This document shows positions 22,774 through 33,683 of a stretch of 64,000 nucleotides of DNA, one piece after another. The DNA comes from an uncultured candidate division Zixibacteria bacterium (GTDB taxonomy: Bacteria > Zixibacteria > MSB-5A5 > GN15 > PGXB01), in the NCBI GenBank assembly GCA_963702205.1, contig OY969724.1, positions 448,001 to 512,000 of the forward strand. The letters run 5' to 3'. The translations under genes were made by a program, and so were the position numbers. Every line of letters begins with the position of its first letter. Positions within the stretch are counted from its first letter, which is position 1. Below the pieces are notes generated by a model that did not search any database, had not been told where the DNA came from, and was given only the letters and a program-made list of their open reading frames with translations.

Positions 22774-24055
22774 TTAATCCACCAGCACTTTTTCCAAGCG
22801 CTCGACGATGTAGTCGACTTCGGAATCGTCGATAATCAGCGGCGGTGAAATACGAATCGTATGGCCGTGGCTGTCGTTGGCCAGCATATCCATATCGAGC
22901 AGCTTGTGGCAGTACTGCATGGCGTCGCCGCTCTTGACCTCGATGCCGATAAACAGCCCGCGTCCACGCGTCTCTTTTACGTGGCTCGAACGCGAACAAA
23001 CCTCGTCGATCTTGTCTTTGAGAACCTTGCCCGTCCTGGCGGCGCGCTCGGCCAGCTTTTCATCGATCATGACGTCCAGCGCGGCCAGACCGGCGGTGCA
23101 GGCCAGCGGATAGCCGCCATACGTCGACCCATCGGAGCCCGGCTTGAACACCATGTCCATCAGGTCGCGGTTGGTGACCATGACCGACAGCGGCACCAGT
23201 CCGCCCGAAATGGCTTTGCCCAGGACGATGGCATCGGGAACGACGCCTTCGTGCTCGAAACAGAACGTCCTGCCGGTGCGTCCCAGCCCGACCTGGATTT
23301 CATCGAACGTCAGAATCAGGTCGTGCTTGTTGGCCAGGTCGCGCAGGCCCTTGAGGAATCCGGCGGGCGGCACATACATCCCGCCCTCGCCCTGCATCGG
23401 CTCGACCAGTATCCCGCAAGTGTTCTTGTTGATCAGTTTTTCGACTCCATCGAGATCACCGTACCGAACGCTGTGGAATCCCGGCGTCAGCGGCCCGAAA
23501 CCTTCTTTGTACTTATCGCTCGTCGAAAACGAGATGACCGTAATCATGCGACCGTGAAAATTGTTATCGAAGACGATTATCTCCTGCTTGCCGTCGGGGA
23601 TGCCCTTCTGCTTGTAGCCGTAATAGCGCATCAGCTTGATCGCCGTCTCGACCGACTCGACCCCGCCGTTTTTCGGCAGAGCCTTGTTGCCGCTATTCGA
23701 AATGCGCGGCGCCATCTGCGGCACCAGCGTCGAGATACGTTTCAAAAACAGCGACATGACGTCGGTGTACACGACGTTGGAGATCACCGAACCATAGCCG
23801 TTCTGAAGAGCCGTCACCAGGGCCTGGACGATTTTGGGATGATGATGACCGGGATTGGCGGCGCTGTACGCGGCGAGGCAGTCGAGAATTTTGCGGCCGT
23901 CCCGGGTGTACATCCAGGCGCCTTCGGTCTTGCGTACCGATCGTTTTCAGACGACCGTAGTGCGTTGCACCGTACAGTTTGTCGATATCCAGAATTTCTT
24001 TATCGGACAGCTCGGAATAGCCGAGGGTGTTTTTGGCAGACGCTGTGATAGCCAT
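22774..24055 (-). CDS. rocD: Class III PLP aminotransferase, ornithine aminotransferase-like (one extra base near 23934-23938; 426 aa corrected)
   Basis: AAYSAANPGH, NFHGR, VEPMQGEGG, FDEIQVGLGRTG, LGKAISGG, GSTYGG; N-terminus in ORF 23693-24055 joins as KTIVRKTEGAWMYT. Confidence 0.85.
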
Positions 24056-24153
24056 GTCTGTCTCCTTTCTATATTCGCGGCCGGGCCGCGCAGAAGTATT
24101 ACTATCGGAATTTATTCATGGTCCCGGACACTGCCGGGAAAGAAGTTGGAAGA

Positions 24154-25638
24154 TTATCCGGCAGTTTTAACCGTGTCCGGCCAGTGCCCTTTTACGGGAC
24201 CGGGGGCACTGCAAAAAGACGTCAGGAACTGGTCAACCCACTTGAAGACCGTATTTCGGCTGATTTGTGTTCTCATCTTGCGCATCCTGTTTCGTCTTTC
24301 CTTTTCATCCATAAAATAAGCATAAAAGATCGCGTCCGCAACCTCAATTACATTATACGGATTGACCAGGATAGCGCCGGTATTTAATACACTCGCGGCA
24401 CCGGCGAATTCGGAAAGAATCAGGATGCCGTCGCCGTCGCAGCGCGACGCACAATATTCCTTTGATACCAGATTCATACCGTCTTTGAGAGGCGTTATCA
24501 GCGCGATTTCGGAGGCCTTATAATACCCGGAAAGCTCCGACGGAGACAGGGTTCCGAATATGTAATGAATCGGGACCCAGCCCTCGGACGTGAACCGCCC
24601 GTTGATCCGCCCCACCATCTCATCGATCTGGCTTTTCATGAGCTGATACTCCGGCACTTCCGTGCGGCTGGGCACAACTATTTGTACCAGAACGACTTTT
24701 TGACGAAGTTCGGGGTAGCGTTCGAGACAGTTTTCAAAAGCCAGCAGACGATCCGGGATACCTTTGGTATAGTCGAGCCGGTCGATGCCGATAATTATTT
24801 TTTGCTTCGGGAACTTTTCGTGAAAGTACCAGGCAGAGTCCGAAACCTCTTTCGACTTGGCGTAATTGTTGAAATACTTGAAATCGATACTGACCCCGAA
24901 CGCCCCGCTGCGGCTGATTCGTCCCTCGTAGTTGATCTCATTAAACTTCTTATTCTGGCTGACATGCGCCTTGGGAAGAAGCTGTCTGACACAACGGATA
25001 AAATTGCGGCGGTCGCGCTCGGTCTGGAATCCGACCAGGCGGAAATTCAAAAGCGCCTCCAGAATTTCCTGCCGCCACGGCAGACGGGCGAAAATATCGT
25101 ACGGCGGAAACGGGATGTGCAAAAAGAACGCTCCTCTATCGGCAAACCCCATTTCATTCAGAAAATGTCCGACCAGCATCAAATGATAATCGTGTACCCA
25201 GATGAAATTATCATCGGTCGCGAATTCGATTGCGGCTTTGGCGAATTTGTAATTGACCCTCTGATAGGTTTCCCACTGAGCGTTGTCGAAATTGCAGTGA
25301 TCGAGAAGGTCGTGGAACAGCGGCCAGACAGCTTCATTGGAAAAGCCGCGATAAAATCCTTTGACTTCCTCATCGGTAAGTTCGACCAGGCCCAGCTTGA
25401 ATCCGATTTCAGATGATTTTTCGTCAAGCAGGCACCGCAGATCGTCATCGATCGGTGCCCCCGGCCAGCCAACCCAGAAACTGGTTTTGTCGCGAAGAAC
25501 CGGCGCCAGAGCCGTCACAAGACCGCCGGTTCCGGGATGTACAATCCATTGTCCATCGACTTTATCCAGTTTGATGGGCAGGCGGTTCGAGACTATAACC
25601 GGTCGGCTGGGGCAATTCTTTTCAATGTCTTGTTTCAA
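24154..25638 (-). CDS. otsA: Trehalose-6-phosphate synthase (GT20)
   Basis: VSNRLP, GGLVTAL, WVHDYHL, DRLDYTKGI, DGMNLVSKEY, LSEFAGAA. Confidence 0.95.
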   Translation of the reverse strand: MKQDIEKNCPSRPVIVSNRLPIKLDKVDGQWIVHPGTGGLVTALAPVLRDKTSFWVGWPGAPIDDDLRCLLDEKSSEIGFKLGLVELTDEEVKGFYRGFSNEAVWPLFHDLLDHCNFDNAQWETYQRVNYKFAKAAIEFATDDNFIWVHDYHLMLVGHFLNEMGFADRGAFFLHIPFPPYDIFARLPWRQEILEALLNFRLVGFQTERDRRNFIRCVRQLLPKAHVSQNKKFNEINYEGRISRSGAFGVSIDFKYFNNYAKSKEVSDSAWYFHEKFPKQKIIIGIDRLDYTKGIPDRLLAFENCLERYPELRQKVVLVQIVVPSRTEVPEYQLMKSQIDEMVGRINGRFTSEGWVPIHYIFGTLSPSELSGYYKASEIALITPLKDGMNLVSKEYCASRCDGDGILILSEFAGAASVLNTGAILVNPYNVIEVADAIFYAYFMDEKERRNRMRKMRTQISRNTVFKWVDQFLTSFCSAPGPVKGHWPDTVKTAG

Positions 25639-26398
25639 TTTCGATCCATCTGTCCAAAAATTCTATCAATTCATCGGGCGGGGCAATTCTAACATCCGCA
25701 GCGGTCGGACGGTCCCGGTCTTTGACCAGAACCCGGAGAGCGGCGCCTTCCAGCGCCCGAAAGGCGTCCTCATCGGTAGTGTCATCACCGAGGTAAGCGG
25801 TTGACGGAGGCGAGGGAAAGCGCTGCAAAATTTCGTGCACGACGTGCCCCTTGTTGAATCCCGGCACCTTAAGTTCGAGTCCGCCGTCGAATTCATCGCA
25901 AATCAGGTTGGAATCGGCCGTAATACTCTCCCAATAATGCTTAATTTTGGACATAATATCAAGGGCAATCCCCTCCTCCACCCCCCTCACATGGATCGCC
26001 AGCGAGACCGGTTTTTCTTCGAGATACGCATCGAGCTTGCTTTCATAAACATATTCCCGGGCGTCGGTAAGAGCCGCCAGATCGGCCGACGCGACCGATT
26101 TAAGGTCGTATTGTCCGTCGCGGGCCAGGCATTCCCAGCCGTGCGAACCCCACATCTCAGGGTAATTTTTCAGACGCAAAAGCGGTTTCAGGTCGTCCAG
26201 AGACCTTCCGGAAATTATTATGACTTCGGTATCAGGAGATTCGATCAGATTGTCCAGCCTGATTTCTATGCCGGGGTAAGGAAAAGCCTGGTCACGATCG
26301 ACCACGAACGGCGCGAGCGTGCCGTCATAATCCATAAGAAGCAGCCTCGGCCGGGCTGTTTTTAGAGCTTCGAAAAAAATTTCGACGGTTTCATCCAA
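25622..26398 (-). CDS. otsB: Trehalose-6-phosphate phosphatase (HAD)
   Basis: DYDGTL, ISGR, GDDTTDEDAF; TTG start after AGGAG RBS. Confidence 0.92.
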   Translation of the reverse strand: MDETVEIFFEALKTARPRLLLMDYDGTLAPFVVDRDQAFPYPGIEIRLDNLIESPDTEVIIISGRSLDDLKPLLRLKNYPEMWGSHGWECLARDGQYDLKSVASADLAALTDAREYVYESKLDAYLEEKPVSLAIHVRGVEEGIALDIMSKIKHYWESITADSNLICDEFDGGLELKVPGFNKGHVVHEILQRFPSPPSTAYLGDDTTDEDAFRALEGAALRVLVKDRDRPTAADVRIAPPDELIEFLDRWIEIETRH

Positions 26399-26420
26399 AA
26401 TGACTCCTATGTCGATATGA

Positions 26421-27659
26421 TCAGGCCGCGGCGATAAGTCTATTGGCGAATCCCCGCCGCAGTCCGACCATGAGCGTAAGATACTCACGAAGGTGACGGG
26501 TTAAAAGAAAATTCTCGCGGACGAATTCGCGGCCTTTAATACCCATCGTCTTCATCGTCTGCGGATGGGTCAGCAAATAGCGCACACGCTGGGCCATGCC
26601 CTCGGGGCTGTTGACCAGAAAACCGGTGTGGTAGTCGATGACCTGAAGCCGGATACCGCCGACGTCGCCGCCGATCACCGGCTTGCTCTTCCAGAGTCCT
26701 TCGGCCACGGTCAACCCGAACCCTTCACGGGTCGATTTCTGGACGATTATATCAGAACAGCGCTGCAGGGCGTTGATCGTACGATGAGCGTTCGACGGCA
26801 ACAACAGGACGTGAATGTCCTTATCGCCATTGACCGCCTGGCGGACCTCTTCGAGCACCTGCGCGCCTTCGGGGTCGTCGTCGGCCCCCCCACCGGCCAG
26901 AATCAATTGCGCCGGAGCGAATTTGCGGATCAGGCGGTAGCCTTCAATCACGCCCAGAGGGTCTTTGAACCGGTCGAAACGGGAGATCTGAGTCAATATC
27001 GGTCGATTCCGATCCAGGTTAAATTTTTCGAAGACTTCTTGTATTTCAGTGTCATCGAGGTCGATATTTTTCTCGCTCAATGGGTCGATACTCGGGGCAA
27101 CCAGAAATTGCGGGTGTGGCAGCGATTTGGAAAACTGCGCCATCGAAAAAATACTGGCGTCATACTGGTCGAGCATCGGTCGCAAATATTTCCAGACCGA
27201 ACGGGCCGGGCGGCTGGCATCAATATGGCAGCGCCAAATCCATTTGCCGCGACGTTCGGGACAAAGACTGAGCAGCATGGCCGGCTGTGGGTCGTGAATA
27301 ATAACCACGTCGGCCGGTTCCAGTATCGGCCGCAGTCGTTCGGCATTGCGGTTGTTGGTTTCTTCGTAGGCGTCAATATGATGCCTCAGCAGGTTGACTT
27401 TTTCACCCTGAAGGCCGTTGTGGAACATCTTGGTGACGTTGAAAAACGGTTCGTTGCCCTCGATCACTTCCCACGAGGCATCGATCCCCAGTTCGCGCAT
27501 GAACGGCACCATCCAGTGAAGAATTTCGGCCACACCTCCGCCCGCTTTGGTGGAATTGACATGAATCACTTTCAGCCCGGCCAAATTACCGGCCAGCTGT
27601 TCGAGCTGCTGAAGGACTGCCAGTCCCACAATCGGTTCATAATCGGTCAGCGATCTCAT
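26421..27659 (-). CDS. treT: Trehalose synthase TreT-like glycosyltransferase (GT4)
   Basis: HVNSTKAGGGVAEIL, HDPQP, WRCHID, SRFDRFKDP, EGFGLTVAE. Confidence 0.88.
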   Translation of the reverse strand: MRSLTDYEPIVGLAVLQQLEQLAGNLAGLKVIHVNSTKAGGGVAEILHWMVPFMRELGIDASWEVIEGNEPFFNVTKMFHNGLQGEKVNLLRHHIDAYEETNNRNAERLRPILEPADVVIIHDPQPAMLLSLCPERRGKWIWRCHIDASRPARSVWKYLRPMLDQYDASIFSMAQFSKSLPHPQFLVAPSIDPLSEKNIDLDDTEIQEVFEKFNLDRNRPILTQISRFDRFKDPLGVIEGYRLIRKFAPAQLILAGGGADDDPEGAQVLEEVRQAVNGDKDIHVLLLPSNAHRTINALQRCSDIIVQKSTREGFGLTVAEGLWKSKPVIGGDVGGIRLQVIDYHTGFLVNSPEGMAQRVRYLLTHPQTMKTMGIKGREFVRENFLLTRHLREYLTLMVGLRRGFANRLIAAA

Positions 27660-28372
27660 GAATTCCCCCGTGAGTTGATGGTCTGGTCGAAAACTTCTAT
27701 CAGTCTGCCCCGCAATTCACTCAGGCCCATGAAATAAAAATCAATCTCGGAAAGCGCCTTCGCGGTCTCCGTGCCATGGTCGTTCCAGTCCTTGAGCCAG
27801 ACCGTAAAGTCATCGATACGTTCCTCGGTCCGGCGCCTCGCTTCCCAAAAATGATAGTACACCGATCCGGCCGTCATCTCGCGCACTGCCTTGCTCAGTT
27901 CCTGAGGCGAATTAATCGTGTTGGTCGTATCGAAAACGACCGTCGTGGCACTGTGGAAAATGAAAGCGCTGTCGTCGAGAGCCCAGGGTATCGTATGAAT
28001 TTCGCTGAGGCGGTCGTCGACTATATCCACGACCGTTTTGCGCAGTTCTTCGAGGTCGGGCAATTCATAGGGATTTATTATTTCCAGGCGCTCGGCCAGG
28101 ATGCTGTCGTGCAGGTCACGTTTGGCCCAGCGGGCGAAATCGTTGTGAAATTCGGGATCATCGAACGACGGCCGCAAGGCACATTCGAAAAAATGGTGAT
28201 ACACCGAATCGATCGGGCATTGCGTCAATTGCTGCCTGAATTCGCGCAGGTTTATGGCCGGAAGCATATCACTGATGCGTACGATAAGCGCGCAATCTTT
28301 TATTTGAAACGGTGCCTCCGACATTTTTGTCTTTCTGTTATTTTTGGTGCCGGTCCTGGTTTTGTCAGCCAT
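27656..28372 (-). CDS. DUF5752-like protein (two internal repeats; TreT-associated)
   Basis: Repeated SVYHHF/SVYYHF and NDFARW/DDFTVW motifs; overlaps the treT start. Confidence 0.7.
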   Translation of the reverse strand: MADKTRTGTKNNRKTKMSEAPFQIKDCALIVRISDMLPAINLREFRQQLTQCPIDSVYHHFFECALRPSFDDPEFHNDFARWAKRDLHDSILAERLEIINPYELPDLEELRKTVVDIVDDRLSEIHTIPWALDDSAFIFHSATTVVFDTTNTINSPQELSKAVREMTAGSVYYHFWEARRRTEERIDDFTVWLKDWNDHGTETAKALSEIDFYFMGLSELRGRLIEVFDQTINSRGNS

Positions 28373-28598
28373 AATATAAGCAATTTCCTCTGTTTCTCAA
28401 ATTCGTGCCGAAACATTCCTTTCTATAGTTATCGGCGGTCGGCCCAATCGTTTAATCGAGGCCGACATTCGATATACGCTTCAGATCTCGCGCGGTTGGG
28501 CCCGAACCCGGCTTTACCTAAATGAAATGTTATTTGAAAAGCGGAAACGAAAAATATATTGGCGTGAATTTGGGGCTGATTTGCCGCTAATTTACTTG

Positions 28599-29150
28599 TT
28601 ATTCGGTCTTTTTGCGGCCCATTTCGCCGATCATGTGCTCGGCTATTTTACGGAAAACGTCGACCGTGCGCACGACGCCGATTAGCGAGCCGTCTTTGAG
28701 CACCGGCAAGAGATATGTATCCTGAAAATTCATTTCATAGATAACGGTGAATATATGATCGTTAAAATCCACGGCTGTCTCTATCGGAATCATAAATTCG
28801 CCGATTTCCTGCTCGGCCTGGTCTTCGACGCCCTCGAGAATATTATCGAAAGGCACCCTCGAAAAATCCGGGTCCCTGGCCGAATCGAAAATATCCAGCC
28901 GTTCCTCATCGCTCATTTGTGACAGAATCCTCGGTTCCATACCGCGCAGAATATCGCGGCGGCGTAACATGCCCATCAGGTTGTACTTCTCGTCGAATAC
29001 GAGCAGGACACGCGGCAGGGATACCTGCCCGTCGGTTTCGATAGCCGAACCCTCGAATTCGGCCATGGCCTGGCGGAGGGTAAACCAGTACGGGACGTGG
29101 GGATACTTTTCGAGATCGATCATGACGTCTCCGGCGCGGATATCCTTCAT
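28599..29150 (-). CDS. CBS-domain protein
   Basis: Two CBS-like segments (VLLVFDEKYNLMGML; LPVLKDGSLIGVV). Confidence 0.8.
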   Translation of the reverse strand: MKDIRAGDVMIDLEKYPHVPYWFTLRQAMAEFEGSAIETDGQVSLPRVLLVFDEKYNLMGMLRRRDILRGMEPRILSQMSDEERLDIFDSARDPDFSRVPFDNILEGVEDQAEQEIGEFMIPIETAVDFNDHIFTVIYEMNFQDTYLLPVLKDGSLIGVVRTVDVFRKIAEHMIGEMGRKKTE

Positions 29151-29165
29151 AGCTCCATATTCCTT

Positions 29166-29747
29166 TCAATCACCCTTTTCTTCGTTTTCGAGCGCGGCGG
29201 TGATTTCGTCGGGCGTTAAACCTGTTTTCGCGGACAGCCGATCGATGTTCCGGTTGTACTTACGGGCCAGCGTTTTTATATAATTAATTTTGAATTGTTT
29301 TTGGGCGAGTTCGTACGGTTCGACGTTCGTCATCTCATCGTATTTTTTCAATTCGCGGCGCATTGCCTGAAATGCCATGGCCCTTTCGATGACAAATACG
29401 ATCTGCTCTTTCTTGAACGGTTTGGTGATGTAATCGAAAGCCCCTTTGTCCTGCGCGGCGAGAGCGACGTCGATCGACCCGAAGGCCGTAATCAATATCA
29501 CTTTCTCCCACCGGTCGTGTTTTTTGGCCAGGTCGATAATTTCCATACCGTCCATCCCCGGCATGCGCAGGTCGGTGATAATCAGGTCGAACGCATTGTT
29601 TTCGAGCAGTTGTGGAACTTCGAGGGAGCTGTTGGTGGCAGCCGTCTTATAGGATGTCTTTTCGGCGACAATTCGCTCCAGAAGCTGAAGCATGTGTGGT
29701 TCGTCGTCTATAATCAAAATTCGGGGCACGGGCAAATTTCTCCTCAA
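29166..29747 (-). CDS. Response regulator (REC plus short Fis-like tail, no AAA+ domain)
   Basis: IIDDE, TDLRMPGMDG, ITAFGS, YITKPF. Confidence 0.88.
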   Translation of the reverse strand: MRRNLPVPRILIIDDEPHMLQLLERIVAEKTSYKTAATNSSLEVPQLLENNAFDLIITDLRMPGMDGMEIIDLAKKHDRWEKVILITAFGSIDVALAAQDKGAFDYITKPFKKEQIVFVIERAMAFQAMRRELKKYDEMTNVEPYELAQKQFKINYIKTLARKYNRNIDRLSAKTGLTPDEITAALENEEKGD

Positions 29748-31111
29748 TCGGGCTCATCCGGATCGGCGACCGGCAGCGAAACGATAAAGGTGGAACCGCT
29801 GGCGCGGTCGCCGCCGTTTTCATTTGCGTGAGATTCGAACGAGATCGTCCCACCATATTTGCAAACGATACCGTAACACAAAGATAACCCCAGACCGGTT
29901 CCCTCGCCAACCTTTTTCGTCGTAAAAAACGGGTCAAATATTTTCATCTTGAATCGCTCCGGTATGCCGGCGCCGGTATCGGCCACGGCCATCTCGACTC
30001 TGTCGCCGCGCTGCAAGGCCGAGACGATCAGCGTGCCGCCGTCGGTGGCCATCGCCGCCGTAGCGTTGTTTATCAGGTTTAACAGCACCTGCTGTATCTC
30101 GCGGGGATCGCCCTTGACACGCGGAAGGTTATCGGGGATTTCCACGACAACCTCGATCTTTTCACCCAACAGCGCGCTCTTGACGATTTTGACGACCGTA
30201 TTAACGGCGTCGGGCAGGTCGACGGTATCTTCAAACCCCTCGGTGACCCGCGCGAAACCGAGCATATTGTCGACGATTTGTTTGGCGTTCTGCGCGTTTT
30301 GTTCGATTATTTTCAAGTCATTGTATTCGGACGATCCGTCATCGAATTTTTCTGCGAGCAGGTCCACGAAGCCGAGAATTATACTCAGCGGATTGTTGAT
30401 CTCATGGGCCACCCCCGCCGCCAGCGTCCCGATCGAGGCCAGTTTCTCGGCGTTGTATATTTTCTGCTGCATGCCGACTTCTTCGGTGACGTCCTTTATA
30501 ATGGCGGTACTGCCGAGTATCTCCCCCGTCTCCGACCGAACCAGCGTGCGCGAAATATCGACCTGTATGCGTCGTCCGTCTTTCGTTATTCGGGCCGCCC
30601 GGTAGTTCTTGACAAAACCGTGCTTTTCGACTTCTTCCCTGATTCGCTGCAGTTCAACGTCGGCGTCGATATCGGACGGCACCAGGCGGTGAAACGACTG
30701 CCCCAGCATTTCATCGGCGGTATAACCGAAAAGCAATTCCGCCCCGTGATTCCAGACTTCGACATGATTTCCAGGATCGATAAAGATAATGGCGTCGATG
30801 GAATTCTGCAGAATGCTGGCCATGAACACCTGCTGTTCGCTGACTTTCTCTTTCAGGGAGCGCGAAATGCGGTACTGATAGAGCACCGCCAGCCAGCCGA
30901 AAATGAACAGCCCGACAATCAGCGTCACTTCGATGAAGACATGGTGCGAATACGACAGATCCTCGAAAACTCCGGCTCTTTCCAGCCAGAAAGCGACGAT
31001 AAGTACACCCAAAAGCAATATCGCCGCGACAATTACTGTATGCCGCCATTCCAGGACGGCGCCCATTAATGATTTGAAACGGCCGCCGCCGGTTTCGCTT
31101 TCAATCGGCAT
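29744..31111 (-). CDS. Membrane PAS sensor histidine kinase
   Basis: 2 TM, PAS, AHEINNPL, NLINNA, DPFFTTK, GTGLGL. Confidence 0.95.
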   Translation of the reverse strand: MPIESETGGGRFKSLMGAVLEWRHTVIVAAILLLGVLIVAFWLERAGVFEDLSYSHHVFIEVTLIVGLFIFGWLAVLYQYRISRSLKEKVSEQQVFMASILQNSIDAIIFIDPGNHVEVWNHGAELLFGYTADEMLGQSFHRLVPSDIDADVELQRIREEVEKHGFVKNYRAARITKDGRRIQVDISRTLVRSETGEILGSTAIIKDVTEEVGMQQKIYNAEKLASIGTLAAGVAHEINNPLSIILGFVDLLAEKFDDGSSEYNDLKIIEQNAQNAKQIVDNMLGFARVTEGFEDTVDLPDAVNTVVKIVKSALLGEKIEVVVEIPDNLPRVKGDPREIQQVLLNLINNATAAMATDGGTLIVSALQRGDRVEMAVADTGAGIPERFKMKIFDPFFTTKKVGEGTGLGLSLCYGIVCKYGGTISFESHANENGGDRASGSTFIVSLPVADPDEPD

Positions 31112-33683
31112 TTTTGTTCTCCGGCGGCTTAAGTCCGAGCCTGCGCGCGATGTCGCGGATGTACCAGTCGGTGATGTCGTCCGATGACAACGCCATATCC
31201 AGCTGCTTGGTCATCATCGTCAGACGGCCCATCAGGCGGAGCTTCTCTTCGATCGACGGCTGGTCCTGATAGGCGATGATCGTGTTAAGAAAATCCTCGT
31301 GACTGTAGTTTTCGAATCCTATCCGGGTCAATATTTCCGTAATGACCCGAATGCGCCGAATGCGGCGGTCCAAGGACGCCCCGCCTTCTTTGTACTGCAT
31401 GCGTATAAAATTCTTGCTGACCTCTTCGGTGCAGACGGCCTCGAAGGTCGTGTAGTGGTAACCCATGCGCATCGAGAGCATCATGTACGTCTCCCCCAGC
31501 ACCGCGAGGCTGTCGTCGGACCAGTCCTTGCGGCCGCGCTTGCGACCGTAGGTGTCGGCGCTGAAACTCACCAGCCCTTTGATGCGAGGGTTATCGGCAT
31601 GGACCGGCCAGCCTTCCTCGACGATTCCGCTCCAGAAGGCCCGCATCGGGACCGATTCGATAGCGCTCTCTTTGATATGACCCCGGCGCGCGTACGAATC
31701 ATACTCCTGATCGAGGTATAAAACTCGGACATTGAGCGGCATCTTACTTTTCAGCGATACTCCAATAAGAAGAGTATCTTCCGCTCCGGCCGAAACCGTG
31801 AACATCTCGTCCATCGCTTTTTGATGCGCATAGCGCGTGATATCGTGCAGGGTCATACATTTTTCCGGGACGAATTCCGGCGATGTGGGGTCGATCAGAT
31901 TCAGCGGCGATACCTTGGTCATAACCCGGTCGAGAATATCATAAATGGCGGTATCGTTGAAAATTTCCTCGTCGATACGCCGCACTTCGATAAGCTCTCT
32001 CTGGTATCCGTCGAATATGGTCGTGCGGCAGGCGTCGACGGTCACCGGATCCCCCGGCCGGAGGCGGTCGGCCTCGACCAGCCCCATTATGGTCGGCAGA
32101 TGAAATTCACGCGCGATAGTCGCCATGTGGCTGGCGACGCCGCCGGATTTGGTCACCAGGGCGCTGATGCGGCCCATCGCCGTGATCAGTCCCGGAAACG
32201 GGCTGGGTGCAACAACCACGGCTTTATCGGGAATGTCGGCCAGGTCGGCGGTCGAGAGTGCATTGTATACCGGTCCTCCACCGACCCCGGGACAGACGGT
32301 AAAGCCTCCGCGCAAAAGAACCTGCAGCTTTCCTATGTCCGGCTCGCCGGCGATTGTCCCGCAACGAAGAACCCGCAGAGGTCGGGCCTGCAGAAAATAC
32401 AACTGGCCGGTGTGGTCAATGGCGAATTCTATGTCCTGCGGGCAGCCGTAATGTCTTTCCAGCATCATAGTATATTCGGCCAGCTGCCGAATCTGCCCCC
32501 TGTCGAGGGTGGCTTCGAGCTGTTCCGAGATAGGCACGGCTATCTCGATTATTTGGCCGTTGTCGTCGCTGACCAGACAAATCGGCTTCGGTGTCAGATG
32601 GATTTCCTGGCGATTGATATCCTGGCGCGATACCCGGAAACGATCCGGCTCGACTTTGCCGTCGACAAGATTCTTCCCGAGTCCGTACAGACTGCTTATA
32701 ATCAGGCACCCGCTGTCAGGATTGACCGGGTCGCGCGAATATATAACGCCGCTAACGGCGGCATCGACCATCGCCACGCACCCGACTGACATGGCCAGTT
32801 CCGATTCGGTCAAAGAATGACTCAGGAAATAATAAATGGCTTTCGGCGTAAACTTGCTGGCGATAATATCGCGATAGCGGTCGAGCAGATTGTCGCGGGT
32901 GACATTGAGATAGGTGGCGTACTGGCCGGCAAAACTGAACAGAGTGTCCTCACCGAGCGCGCTCGAACGAAGGGCCACCCTCGCGCCGGGGGCGTTTTGG
33001 GTCATGCGGTCGAATTCTGTCCGGATGGCTTCGGCGAGGTCATCGGGCACCGGCGAGGATATCAGCATGTCGTTGATTTCGCGGCTGACCTCTTCAAGCT
33101 GCCGAAACTGCTTGATATCCAGCTTTTTGAGTTTCTCGCTGATGCGGGTTTGCAGGTCGTTGGAATCTATGAAATGTTTGTACGCCCAGGCGCTGATGGC
33201 AAACCCCTCCGGCACCGGCAGGCCGAGTTTGGTTTTCATCTCCCCGAGATGGGCGTTTTTGCTGCCGACACTGAAAGCCCGCTTGCTTTCGATTTTATCG
33301 AACGGAATAATGAAATCGTCTTCGGGAATGGGCTGATTACCGGGCATCAATTTTTCGACTCTGGCGTCGATGATATCGAACTGGTATTTTAAAGGCTTAT
33401 AGTCGTCGCCGCCCAGTTCCACCAGAAGCCAGATCAACTCCTCGACACTGAACCGGGCCTCATCGAGCGTGTTGCGGATGTAATTGGTATCGAAAACATA
33501 GTCACCCTGCGCCTTTTCTTCGAGATCGCTCATGATGGACAGGATGTGGTTGTTTTTTTCGAGCAGGCGGGAGAAAATATCGAATTTCTTCTTCAATTGA
33601 TCGAGGACGACTTTAACTTCCTCGTCACCGGCACTATGGCCTTTTCTCAACCATCCCATAAGAATTTTCTCCGCTAAGCCCAT
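31101..33683 (-). CDS. PEP-synthase-like protein (PPDK ATP-grasp plus phosphohistidine swivel domain)
   Basis: VGSKNAHLGE, RSSALGED..SFAGQY, DIEFAI, LQARPL, GGVASHMATIARE; start ATG 33683 or GTG 33704. Confidence 0.85.
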   Translation of the reverse strand: MGLAEKILMGWLRKGHSAGDEEVKVVLDQLKKKFDIFSRLLEKNNHILSIMSDLEEKAQGDYVFDTNYIRNTLDEARFSVEELIWLLVELGGDDYKPLKYQFDIIDARVEKLMPGNQPIPEDDFIIPFDKIESKRAFSVGSKNAHLGEMKTKLGLPVPEGFAISAWAYKHFIDSNDLQTRISEKLKKLDIKQFRQLEEVSREINDMLISSPVPDDLAEAIRTEFDRMTQNAPGARVALRSSALGEDTLFSFAGQYATYLNVTRDNLLDRYRDIIASKFTPKAIYYFLSHSLTESELAMSVGCVAMVDAAVSGVIYSRDPVNPDSGCLIISSLYGLGKNLVDGKVEPDRFRVSRQDINRQEIHLTPKPICLVSDDNGQIIEIAVPISEQLEATLDRGQIRQLAEYTMMLERHYGCPQDIEFAIDHTGQLYFLQARPLRVLRCGTIAGEPDIGKLQVLLRGGFTVCPGVGGGPVYNALSTADLADIPDKAVVVAPSPFPGLITAMGRISALVTKSGGVASHMATIAREFHLPTIMGLVEADRLRPGDPVTVDACRTTIFDGYQRELIEVRRIDEEIFNDTAIYDILDRVMTKVSPLNLIDPTSPEFVPEKCMTLHDITRYAHQKAMDEMFTVSAGAEDTLLIGVSLKSKMPLNVRVLYLDQEYDSYARRGHIKESAIESVPMRAFWSGIVEEGWPVHADNPRIKGLVSFSADTYGRKRGRKDWSDDSLAVLGETYMMLSMRMGYHYTTFEAVCTEEVSKNFIRMQYKEGGASLDRRIRRIRVITEILTRIGFENYSHEDFLNTIIAYQDQPSIEEKLRLMGRLTMMTKQLDMALSSDDITDWYIRDIARRLGLKPPENKNAD

